Assembly: GCA_963666425.2 (NCBI GenBank)
Contig: OY762825.2
Location: 2,432,001-2,496,000 of the forward strand
From: Bacillota bacterium
Lineage (GTDB): Bacteria; Bacillota; JAAYKD01
DNA: 64,000 bases
Reading direction: 5' to 3'
Each line of letters begins with the position of its first letter. Position 1 is the stretch's first letter. A program made the translations under genes and the position numbers. Below the pieces are notes generated by a model that saw only the letters and a list, made by a program, of their open reading frames with translations, did not search any database and had not been told where the DNA came from. Shown piece by piece: positions 51,244 through 61,900 of the stretch.

Positions 51244-52095
51244 ATGAAAAAACTTTTCTTAAAACTGAGCGTTCTGGTCATGGTTCTAACGCTCGTCACC
51301 CTGCCGCTCGTCTCTGGAACGTATGCCAAGTATACGACTGCTGCAGATGGAACTGATACTGCCAGAGTAGCAAAATGGGGCGTGACGGTCACCGCTGATG
51401 TTCAGAATGTATTTGGTGATGCGTATCAAGCTGCCGCCGGTGGACATACTTCTGTTGATTATGCAACGGCTGATGTGACAGTTCAATCCGCGACTGACAA
51501 CACAGATGTTCTAGCTCCAGGCACGGAAGGTTCCTTCACTTTCGGTGTTGCAGGTACTCCTGAAGTATCCGTTGGTCTCGTCTATGATGCTACGGTAACT
51601 CTTACTGGTTGGACAGTTATTGCAGCTAATGATTATCAACCAATTAACTTTACTCTCTTTGATGGAACGCATTTTGCTACCACGGCGGGTGCATTTACAT
51701 CAGACACTGCGGTTTCTTTGACCGGTGCTCAACTCGATACAATAATTGATGGCCTTGACAGTACGAATGATCCCTTGACAGCGCTTACAAAAACCTATAC
51801 AGTTGCATGGGAATGGCCTTTCGAAAAAGCAGGTAATTTTAGTACATTATCGGTGGGAACTGATGTATCGACACATTTTGTTGCCAATGGATCCGGATAT
51901 CAAGCAGCGACAGGAAAATACGTTCCTGGAACAACCTATTACACTAGTCTTGCCGGAACAACACAGGTTGATACCAGTCATTTCCTTCCCGCTGGAAATA
52001 TTAGTTATGATTTTGCCGATACAATTCTCGGTAATCTAGCTACAGCACCGACACTTTTGATTACCGTTTCTATCACCGCAACGCAAATCGACTAA
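51244..52095 (+). CDS. SipW-dependent TasA/CalY-like fibre subunit (probable major pilin)
   Basis: Signal ending GTYA|KYTT....D.ARVAKW; LAPG; YTVAWEWPF; C-terminal ITATQID; sipW in the same operon. Confidence 0.75.
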   Translation: MKKLFLKLSVLVMVLTLVTLPLVSGTYAKYTTAADGTDTARVAKWGVTVTADVQNVFGDAYQAAAGGHTSVDYATADVTVQSATDNTDVLAPGTEGSFTFGVAGTPEVSVGLVYDATVTLTGWTVIAANDYQPINFTLFDGTHFATTAGAFTSDTAVSLTGAQLDTIIDGLDSTNDPLTALTKTYTVAWEWPFEKAGNFSTLSVGTDVSTHFVANGSGYQAATGKYVPGTTYYTSLAGTTQVDTSHFLPAGNISYDFADTILGNLATAPTLLITVSITATQID

Positions 52096-52168
52096 TTTTC
52101 TTCCCATAAACCAATAGCTCAGTAGTGCCGAAAGCATTCGTGCGAGGCATCAAAAAACTGGCATAAAG

Positions 52169-52215
52169 ACCCCGGCAAAGGTGAATAAGACCAGCTTTGC
52201 CGGGGGTTTTTCTTT
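52169..52215 (+). terminator. Internal terminator after the major subunit gene
   Basis: CCCCGGCAAAG...CTTTGCCGGGG plus TTTTTCTTT. Confidence 0.8.
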
Positions 52216-52254
52216 CTTGCGGCCAAAATCCATACTGCGGAGGAGGTGATCTGC

Positions 52255-53694
52255 TTGGCTCAGTCGAATCATGAAACGACAGTAAAAATGACGGAAACTC
52301 AGGAAAAGCAGACCACACTCCGGCGTTTATGGTGGCTGCTGCTTTTGTTGTTGCTGCTGCTCTCTCTATCCTTCAGCTATATCGGCTACTTGATTGGCAA
52401 ACAGGCAAACCTGGATGATTTCACCGGGCGGATCGTTGATACGATTGAGCTTGACTTGGGTGAAATCGGACAGAACGATGAAACAAAACCGGTCACCTTA
52501 TATCAATTTGATATTTCTGGCACTGTGATGTATACCGATGGCACGCCATATCGCAACGGTATCATCGAACTGCGAAGCGATGTCCGCTATACAATTACCG
52601 ATGCGAATGGTAACTTTGAATTTCTGCGTGTCACAGAGGGACAGCATACGATCAGCGTCATCGAGGGAACGCGGCGGCTGGCCTCCAGTACGGTTTCCTT
52701 TACCGGCGTCAGTTCTTTAAAAGTCAAGCAAACCATCCAACTGGGCAATGGTCATTATCTGATCAAGATTCCTTTGGAGGTCACTGTCATTAACCTGGTT
52801 CTGGAATTAAAAGACGAATCAAATCAGGAAACGATCGTTTTGGATCCGGATACGGCGATGCCCAGTCAACCGGGCCAGCCGGATCTCTCCGTTGATCCGA
52901 TCCTGCCGGGTGATCTCAGCCCGCAGGACGGCGGCAGCAGTAACCCAACAAACCCAACCGACCCGACTAATCCGAACAATCCGAACAATCCGACGAATCC
53001 AACCAATCCAACCAATCCAACCAATCCAACCGATCCGACGAACCCTACAAACCCGACCAATCCAACCGACCCAAACTCGCCGGATGTTCCGCTGACGCCA
53101 ACAGAACCAAGCACTCCGGACCCGGTGATTCCGGTTGATCCAACCAACCCGACCAACCCGACTACCCCTGAACTGCCAAACGATCCCGGGCTGCCGGCTG
53201 CACAAACCCCTGACAGAGCGCCCAATATGATTGTCACGGATACGATTGCTCCTGCCCAAATCTGGCAGCAGGCCACCGCCGTTGATATTTTTGCGCCGCG
53301 TGACGGAAATACCGGCGTCAGCAAAATTGGCGGGCAAACCGTGATTGCGCCCGGCGCTACCGGCAGATATATCTTTAAAATCAAAAACCCAGAGAGTTTT
53401 GCCGTTGTTTTCCAGATCAATCTTCTGGAAGAAGATCAGAATTTTCCCAAACTGCCCATGCGCTACCGCTTGTCGCAAGGTGTGATCCGCAATAGTTCGA
53501 TTGAATATTACGACTGGCGATCGGCGCAGGATGTCACCCTGCGCAATGTGACGCTGGATGCGAAAAGTGAGACTTTTTACACGTTAGAATGGCAATGGCA
53601 GGATACCTCCGACAGCATCGACACCGCAATCGGGATGCAGCAGGGTAATCCTCTCTATATTCTGGACATTTTAATTGGAGGTTCCTTTCAATGA
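52255..53694 (+). CDS. Membrane-anchored protein: TM, prealbumin/CarboxypepD_reg-like domain, PTN-rich stalk, C-terminal TasA-like domain
   Basis: Poly-Leu TM; ISGTV...DG.P...TD.NG.FEF..V..G.HTI; (PTN)n; IAPGATGRY.F.I.N, YTLEWQW, DTAIG. TTG 52255 is best spaced from GGAGG. Confidence 0.7.
   Translation: MAQSNHETTVKMTETQEKQTTLRRLWWLLLLLLLLLSLSFSYIGYLIGKQANLDDFTGRIVDTIELDLGEIGQNDETKPVTLYQFDISGTVMYTDGTPYRNGIIELRSDVRYTITDANGNFEFLRVTEGQHTISVIEGTRRLASSTVSFTGVSSLKVKQTIQLGNGHYLIKIPLEVTVINLVLELKDESNQETIVLDPDTAMPSQPGQPDLSVDPILPGDLSPQDGGSSNPTNPTDPTNPNNPNNPTNPTNPTNPTNPTDPTNPTNPTNPTDPNSPDVPLTPTEPSTPDPVIPVDPTNPTNPTTPELPNDPGLPAAQTPDRAPNMIVTDTIAPAQIWQQATAVDIFAPRDGNTGVSKIGGQTVIAPGATGRYIFKIKNPESFAVVFQINLLEEDQNFPKLPMRYRLSQGVIRNSSIEYYDWRSAQDVTLRNVTLDAKSETFYTLEWQWQDTSDSIDTAIGMQQGNPLYILDILIGGSFQ
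52940..53180 (+). repeat. Coding 9-bp-period Pro-Thr-Asn repeat
   Basis: CCAACCAAT/CCGACGAAT-type units encoding NPTNPTDPTNPNNPNNPTN... Confidence 0.85.
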
Positions 53695-54227
53695 AAACAA
53701 GAGCAGCGATGAAATTACCGGGCTTTAGAACTTTTTTACGCAATCTGTTCCTTGTTTTCTTGAGTTTGATTGTTCTGTTCAACCTTTACATAATCACCGC
53801 ACAGCTTTTCCTGAAAAACGAGCTGCCGAAGGTTTTCGGTTATGCCCAGGTCATCGTGATTTCCGGCAGTATGCAGCCGGAAATTCAGGTTGGTGATCTC
53901 TTAATCATTCATCAGCAGGCAGAGTATGCCGTGAACGATGTGATCACGTATCATTCCGGTGCGAGCTTTGTGACACACCGCCTTGTTTCTATGCAGGGAA
54001 ATCAATTGGTGACGCAGGGCGATGCCAATAATGTGGCGGATCCGGCCATTGCTTTGTCGCAAGTGGAAGGGAAAGTCGTACTGCGTTTGTCAGCTTTGGG
54101 TAAATTGATCTATTTTCTCAAAACGAAACAGGGTATTTATCTGACAGTGCTGCTTGCCATCCTCTTGTTTGCGGTGCCATATGCGGCGGACGCCATCCGA
54201 CAGTTCAAAAATAAACCAAAGCAGTGA
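53691..54227 (+). CDS. sipW: Signal peptidase I, SipW (ER-type, Ser-His)
   Basis: V.SGSM.P, GD, VTHR, TQGDANN..D; N- and C-terminal TM helices. Confidence 0.9.
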   Translation: MKTRAAMKLPGFRTFLRNLFLVFLSLIVLFNLYIITAQLFLKNELPKVFGYAQVIVISGSMQPEIQVGDLLIIHQQAEYAVNDVITYHSGASFVTHRLVSMQGNQLVTQGDANNVADPAIALSQVEGKVVLRLSALGKLIYFLKTKQGIYLTVLLAILLFAVPYAADAIRQFKNKPKQ

Positions 54228-54766
54228 TGAAAATGAAAAAAGGCTATATTGTCTATCTCGTTTATTTGCTGATGGTGACCGTTGTGGTTGCCGCCGTTTC
54301 TCTTTCTAAATTTAGTACTACCGGAGAGGGAACAGACACGGTTGCGATCGCGAAACCAATCCTCAACTATCTGCCGCAGAGCGCTGAACGCAACGGGACT
54401 GAGCTTTTGGATATTGATAGCGGATTGAATGTCAGCGACCTGCTGCCCGGCGATATCTTAGTTTATCATTTTGACATCGTTAATTTTGAAAACGGCAACC
54501 TGAATCAGGTTTTATTAAAATATAAAGTCACCGTTGAATTTAGTCCGGTTTTGCCGAACTTACCCCTTACCTACACATTGGAGCCTGCCGTAGCTTATGA
54601 TTCCGCCGGCGATGGTTATGTCTATTTGGGATTTGGCGAGCAGATTGCCCATAGCTATACACTGACCATTACCTGGGATGAAACCTATGCCGGTTCCACT
54701 TATCTTGACAAACAGCAGACACTGCAGGTGAAGATTGAGGCAGTGCAGGTGGACAGTTTGACCTAA
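54224..54766 (+). CDS. Second SipW-dependent TasA-like subunit (minor pilin)
   Basis: Signal ending VSLS|KFSTT..GTD.V.IAKP; LLPGD...Y.F.I.N; YTLTITWD; C-terminal IEAVQVD. Confidence 0.72.
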   Translation: MMKMKKGYIVYLVYLLMVTVVVAAVSLSKFSTTGEGTDTVAIAKPILNYLPQSAERNGTELLDIDSGLNVSDLLPGDILVYHFDIVNFENGNLNQVLLKYKVTVEFSPVLPNLPLTYTLEPAVAYDSAGDGYVYLGFGEQIAHSYTLTITWDETYAGSTYLDKQQTLQVKIEAVQVDSLT

Positions 54767-54831
54767 GAACATAGCAAAGCATTTTTCGAGAGATTGGAGC
54801 TTTCGCGCTGCAGAAAGGGGGGATTCGTGAA

Positions 54832-55941
54832 ATGAATGAATCGATGGATGAGAATTATCCATGGGATAAAGCGACGGGGCAGGGGATCGATACCAGCTAT
54901 TACAACAATCGCGATCCCAGGACGGGTTTATATCGCCATAATTACTTAAGACAGGAAATGAAGAGACTGGATTATGAGAATCAGCTGCCTTTTTCCTTGA
55001 TTATTGGAGAAATCAACGGCCCGGGTTTTGACGCTGCTTCCTTGGGCTGCGATGAAGAAGACAAGCTGATGATTCGTTCGGTGGAAATATTGAAAGACTG
55101 CTGCCGCAAAGCAGGCGTTTTGGCAGCCATCGTCGGCAAAAGTTTCAGCATTCTTTTACCAAAGACAAATGATCTGGAAGCGGACCGTATTTTAACGCAA
55201 ATCATTTTTCGTTTCAGCACTTTTCAAAGCAATATTGGCAACGGTACGGTCGTGATCAGCCTGTCCTGTGGCTGTGCTACCAAGAGCAAACCGGAAGAGA
55301 CGTTGGAAACGATCATTAAATCCGCGATTGAAAATATGAATCAGCATAAGCTGCTGCAAAATCGGGAGCAGTGTAATTCTTTAATCCATTTCATTGCCAC
55401 GGTCATGCATGAGAAAAGCAGAGAAACAGAAGAACACTCCCTGCGACTCATCAAGTATGCGCGCGCGATTGGGACTGAAATGCACTTATCCAATCACCAG
55501 ATGAATAAGCTGGAGCTGCTTTCCATTGTGCATGATATCGGGAAATTCATTATCAGTGATTCCGTTTTAACGAAACCGTTTGCCCTCTCGGCAGATGAAA
55601 ATAAGGTGATTCACGAGCATACCGAAATCGGTTATCGCATGGCACTCTCTTATGATGAGCTGAAGCCAATCGCTTATGATATTCTTTGTCATCACGAATT
55701 CTGGAACGGAAACGGCTATCCTCTCGGTTTGAAAGCGACAGAAATACCGTTGCTCGCCCGTATCGTATCGATTCTGGATGCTTATGATGCCATGACAAAT
55801 AACCGGTCGTATCGCAAGGCGATGAACAAGCAGGCTGCGATTGCAGAAATCAAGAAATTTTCCGGCAGCCAGTTTGATCCGGTCATTGCAGATTTATTTG
55901 TTGAACGCATTGTGGAACGGGTAGACAAAGCAGAAGAATAA
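54832..55941 (+). CDS. Degenerate GGDEF + HD-GYP protein (probable c-di-GMP phosphodiesterase)
   Basis: DPRTGLY start of the GGDEF domain but IVGKSF replaces GGDEF; T.EHS.R, HDIGK, HHE.WNG.GYP, DAYDAMT, SGSQFDP. Confidence 0.85.
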   Translation: MNESMDENYPWDKATGQGIDTSYYNNRDPRTGLYRHNYLRQEMKRLDYENQLPFSLIIGEINGPGFDAASLGCDEEDKLMIRSVEILKDCCRKAGVLAAIVGKSFSILLPKTNDLEADRILTQIIFRFSTFQSNIGNGTVVISLSCGCATKSKPEETLETIIKSAIENMNQHKLLQNREQCNSLIHFIATVMHEKSRETEEHSLRLIKYARAIGTEMHLSNHQMNKLELLSIVHDIGKFIISDSVLTKPFALSADENKVIHEHTEIGYRMALSYDELKPIAYDILCHHEFWNGNGYPLGLKATEIPLLARIVSILDAYDAMTNNRSYRKAMNKQAAIAEIKKFSGSQFDPVIADLFVERIVERVDKAEE

Positions 55942-55996
55942 CCAAAAGTTTAGTCTCAGCGACAGACGATCCGATCGCCGGAAAGGAGATGAGAAA

Positions 55997-58900
55997 TTGA
56001 CAAAACCAAAGTGGGTGAGAACGATGTCAGCGCAGAAGCTGATCTTGCTTCTCTGCGCTCTGATTTTATCGATATTTTTCATTTCACCGGCGGCAGCTCG
56101 GCTGTCGCTTTCTAAATATGTACTGGAAACGAAAACCTATACGATTTCGGTTGCTTCAGCAGAGCAATTTCCAATCACGGCAATGGCTGCGCTGCAAGGT
56201 ACAGCGCAAGTTGGGCAACTATTAACGGCCGGTGCGCTGACTCCCGCCGATGCGATGGCTACCGCCACCTATCAGTGGTTCAGCTGTGCTACTGTTGACG
56301 GCATCTACACTGAAATCATCGACGCCACGGCTGCCTCCTACACGCTGACCGCTGCCGAATATGGCAAATTTATCCATGTGGTTGTTACAGGCAGCGGTGG
56401 TTATAGCGGTCAGTTGACCAGCACTGCTGTTGGTCCGGTCAGCGCGGCTCCCATCACGATTGCCGCTCTTCTGGAGATCACAGTACCGGTCAAAGGGGAG
56501 CTTCCGGATCAAACAGTCGCTGCCAATGCGGAATATACCGCCGCCATCACCTGGTCACCGGTGGATTCCCCTTTCAAAGCATATACCATCTATACCGCTG
56601 CCATCACCATTACACCCAATACCGGCTATACCCTGACTGGGGTGGCTGAGGATTTCTTTACAGTAGCCGGCGCTGTGGCGAGTAACGCGGCAAATTCCGG
56701 CGCAGTGACGGCTGTTTTCCCAAGAACAGCGCCTGCCGTGATTAATCTGGCCGCGATTGCAGGCGTGACACCGCCGATGATCGGTGCGACACCGGTCGGA
56801 AGCATTACCGAAACCGATCAATATACAGCAAGTCTAACCTGGTCTCCCGCGCACAGCCAATTTTCTGCCGATACGATTTATACCGCAAGCATCACGCTGA
56901 CGGCGAAAACGGGTTATACCTTGACCGGCGTAGCGCAAAACTTCTTTACTGTGGCAGGTGCCGTAGCAACCAATGCCGCCGACAGCGGCGTGGTAACAGC
57001 CGTCTTCCCCAAAACAGCCTTGGTACCGATTTCCTTCTCTGCCATCGCCGGTATCACCGCTCCGGTCAAAGGCGCGCTGCCAACAACAAGTGTTATGGCA
57101 ACCGAACAATATACCGCAACAATTTCCTGGTCACCGGCGGATTCTCCCTTTAAAGCGAATACCGTCTATACGGCAACGATTTCGCTCACTCCGAAGACAG
57201 GCTATACTTTAGCCGGTGTTGCAGAAAATTTCTTCACGGTAGCCGGAGCGACCGCTGCCAACACAGCGAATTCTGGTTTGATCACAGCGGTATTCCCGGC
57301 AACCGCCAAAGAAAGCCTGACTGCTATTGGTCTCAGCGGAACAGCAACAATCGGTCAGCAGCTGACCGCTGTTGACCTTCTCCCCTCAGGTGCCACGGCA
57401 ACCTATCAATGGCAGCGCTCTGAAACGATCGATGGTACGTATGTTGATATTGCCGGAGCAACGAACACTGCCTATACCCTGGTGCTCGCCGATAAAGACA
57501 ATTATCTCAGAGTCGCTGCCAGCGGCAGCGGTAATTACAGCGCAACGGTTTATAGCAGTCCCAGCGCCAAAGTAAGCGGCATTGCTTTAATTAGTATCAA
57601 TGCAATTACCGGTACGACTCGTCAATATGAAACGTTAACAGCAGGATCCTTCTCGCCGACGGAAGCGACCGTCAGTTATCAATGGCTGCGCTCAGACAGC
57701 GCAAGCGGTGAATACAGCGAGATCGCAGGTGCGACTTCTTCAACCTATACGTTGGTGTTTGATGATAATAACCACTATATCAAAGTGAGAATCAGCGGCA
57801 CAGGCAGTTATAGCGGCAGTGTGGAAAGCGTCAGTTCCGGACCGGTTGTCTTTGCGGCGACGGCCATCACCGCTATGGCTGCAATCAATGGCACGCCTTA
57901 TATTGGTCAAACCTTGACCGCCGGCGCCTTGACCCCAGCGGAAGCGACAGCATCCTATCAGTGGCAGCAAAGCACTGCTCTCAATGGGACCTATACCAAC
58001 ATCAGCGGAGCAACCAATAGCAGCTATTACTTAACCGCGGCTGCCTTGAATCAATTTTACCGCGTGGTGGCGACCGGCTCGGGAACCTTCTCCGGCACAG
58101 TCAGCGCCAGCATCGGTCCGATTAAAACGGCGGCGCAGCAGATTACCGCCATCGGTGCGATCAGTGGTTCCACGGTATCAGGGCAGATTTTGACGGCCGG
58201 CACCCTGACTCCGGCCGAGGCGACGGTTACCTATCAATGGCAAAGATCCGATCTCAGCGGCAGCATCTATACGGATCTTGCCGGTGCCACTTCCGCCAGC
58301 TATACCTTGAGTGATGCCGATCTAAACTGCTATTTAAAAGTCGTGGCAACCGGTTATGGTACTTATACCGGCACAGTTATCAGTGCTCGCAGCGGTCCGG
58401 TAGCGACCAGCACACAGAATATCACGTCCATTGGTGCGATTACAGGAACCGCTCAAGTTGGTTCGACGCTGACCGCCGGTGCTGTGGCACCGACGAATGC
58501 GACGGTGACTTACCAATGGCAGACAGCGGATAACCTAAGCGGGCCCTATACAGATCTCAGCAATGCCACGTCTTCAACTTATACGGTAACCGCCGCAAAT
58601 TTTGGCAAGTTTCTCCGTGTAAAAGTGACCGGCTCCGGCGCATATGCCGCAACAGTTAATAGCGACGCGGTGGGTTCAGTCACCGCTTGTCCGTTAATCT
58701 CGATCACCAATATCAGCGGTACCGCGGTGACTACCTATACGGTGACTGCCGGAACTGTCGCCCCTGCCGGTGCCACGGTGAGTTATCAGTGGCGCAGATA
58801 TACCAGCAGCGATCCTGCAGCAAGCTATACCGTGATCGGCAGCAATGCCGCCGGTTACCTGCTGACTGCCGCGGATGAGAACACTTACCTGCGCGTAGCG

Positions 58901-61900
58901 GCGATTGGAACGGCCGCTTATACCGGAACAGTGCTCAGCAATTATATTGTGCCGAAAGCCAATACCGGCGGAATCACCGCTATCACTGCCATTGCAGACA
59001 GCATTGGTTTGACGGAAGTATTTCAGTCGCTGACAGCAGGTACAGTCACTCCTTACGGTGCTACCGTCACCTATCAATGGTATCGCTGCGATACGGCAAG
59101 CGGTACTTACGCTGTGGTGAATGGTGCAACTTCGAAAAACTATAATATCTTAGGAATTGATAAAGGCTATTTTTTCAAAGTGGAAGCAACTGGCTCCGGT
59201 TCTTACAGCGGTACGGTTTGGAGCCGTTATGCCGGTCCCATCACTGCAGCCCCTCTCAGCGCGATCGGTTCGATCAGCGGTACGGCGACGATCGGGCAGG
59301 TGATTACCGCCGGCAGTCTGACACCATCCGCCGCAACAGTCAATTACCAGTGGCAGAGATCCGATCTGAACGGTGAGAATTACAGCGACATTACAGGCGC
59401 AACCTCCAATACCTACACCCTGACTGCCGGCGATGAAAACCGATATCTCAAAGTTACCGTGACCGGCTTCGGTTATTACAGTGGAACTCTGACCAGTCTG
59501 CGCACCGGTCCGGTATTAACCAATGCAACGCCAATTACAGCGCTCAGCGCCATCGACGGGATTGCCCGCGTCGGCCAGATTTTAAACGCAGGTACAACCA
59601 CACCCTTGGGAGCGACCGTTACCTATCAGTGGCAGCGCTGCTCGGAAATCAATGGAGTTTACAGTAACATCAGCGGAGCGACAACGGCAACCTACACGCT
59701 CACACCAAGTGATCTCAATCAGTACATCAAATTGGTTGTTCACGGTGCCGGTATCTATGCTACGCCAGCCGAGGGTATCAGCAGCACAGCCTTTGGCCCT
59801 GTGGCGGTATGTCCGATCACCGCTGTTTCCAATATCATCGGCAAGGCGGAAGTAGATCAAATTCTAACTGCCGGTACAGTAACACCTTACGGAGCGACTG
59901 TCAGTTACCAATGGCAGCGTTATATCAACGGCAGTTATGCAGCCATCAGCGGTGCAACCGCCAGCACCTATACGTTGGTCACAGCGGATAACACTTATTA
60001 TATTCGGGTAGCGGTCAGCGGGATTTCCGGTTATTCCGGTACGGTGTACAGTAACAACACAGGACCGGTCGGGAGCCCCAATGCCATCAGCTCGATCAGC
60101 GCCATTACCGGCGTAACCAAAGTCAGTCAGGTGCTGACAGCCGGTACCGTGCTGCCGTATGGTGCTTCCGTCTCCTATCAGTGGCAAAATTCCAGTGAAG
60201 CCGACGGTACTTACGCTAATATCAGCGGAGCGACGAGCAGCAACTATACGCTAACCACTGCCGATTATGGTAAATACTTGAAAGTGATTGCCGAAGGTAC
60301 TGGCGTCTATTTTGGCGAAGTCATCAGTACACCGACCGATCTGATCAGCAAGGGCTCGATCACAGCAATCTCCAACATTAGCGGTTCGACGATCTCCGGT
60401 CAAACGCTGACTGCCGGTGTAGTGACTCCTCTCGGAGCGACTGTCACCTATCAATGGCAGCGAAGTGATACCTCCGGCAGCAATTACACCAATATCACGG
60501 ATGCCACAGCCAACACCTACTTATTAACAAATGCGGATGTAGCATGTTATCTGCGGGTTCTAGTTACCGGCAGTCAATCGTATGAGAGTTCTGTCACCAG
60601 TTTACCGACGGCTGTAATTTCACCCAGCGGCACGGCTACCACGGCGCTGATCAGCATCGCAGCGACCGGCGGCACGGCGGGCGTAGGGCAAACCTTAACG
60701 GCAGGAGCCGTTTCACCAAGCAATGCAACAGTGACTTATCAGTGGCAGCGCTCCGCCGGAGCGTCCGACAGCGCGTATGCTAATATCAGTGGAGCAACAA
60801 CAAGCAGTTACGTACTGACAGCAGCCGATTTCGGCAAGTATGTCAGGCCGGTAGCGACCGGCAGCGGTACTTTCAGCGGTTCGGTCAATCCCAGCGGTAC
60901 GTCAATTACCCTGAAGCAACTGGTCACAGCCGGCAATATCACCGGTACACCGGCGGTTGGTGAGACAGTGGTTGCGGGTGTCTTGACGCCTGCTGATGCC
61001 ACGGTCACCTATCAGTGGCTACGCGCCAGTAAAAACGGTACAACCTATAGCAATATTGCCGGAGCCACCGGCAGAAGCTATACGATTGTCGATGCGGATG
61101 ATGACGGTTATCTGAAAGTACTAATTGTTGGCACCGGAGCTTATGAGACAAATCCGACGGCCGGTTTACTCAGCGCCGCTTACGGCCGCATCGAACCTTA
61201 CCCCTTTAAGATCACCGCAATCAGTGCCATCACCGGAATTTCGCAGGTCGGTCAGCTCCTGCATGCCGGTGCCACCACACCTTACGGCGCGGCGGTTACC
61301 TATCAATGGCTGCGCAAAGTTGCCGGAGCGGAAACCTATGCTGAAATTATTGGAGCAACCGCCAGCAGCTATACAACAACGAGCAGTGACTATCATGCTT
61401 ATATTAAGGTGATTGCTACCGGTGCCGGTTCTTTCTCCGGTTGGGTAGAAAGCGCGCCGACTGCTTTGATTGCAGCAGCACCGCTGACTGCCATCGGCGG
61501 CATCAGCGGTACCGTAGCTACGGGACAGATCATTACTGCCGGTCTGCTTACACCGGTAGAAGCAACTGCTACCTATCAATGGCAACGCTCCGATACCTCC
61601 GGTGCAAATTTCAGCAATATCGCCGATGCAACCGGAAGCACCTATCTTTTGGGAGCATCCGATTTGAATTGTTCTTTGAAAGTAATTGCAACCGGCACGG
61701 GCAGCTATACCGGGACAGTGACGAGTTCTGCGGCTGGACCGGTCAGTGCAACCTTTCAATCGATCACCTCGATTGGACCGATTACAGGGACAGCGACTGT
61801 TAACCAAACCCTGACAGCGGGAGCCATTGTACCGACCAATGCCAGCGTAACCTACCAGTGGAAGCGGGCGGATTCAAGCGGAGGAAGCTACACTGCCATC

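Noticed and set aside
52819-53478. Antisense Gly/Val-rich ORFs
   Set aside because: Mirror of the PTN codon repeat on the plus strand.
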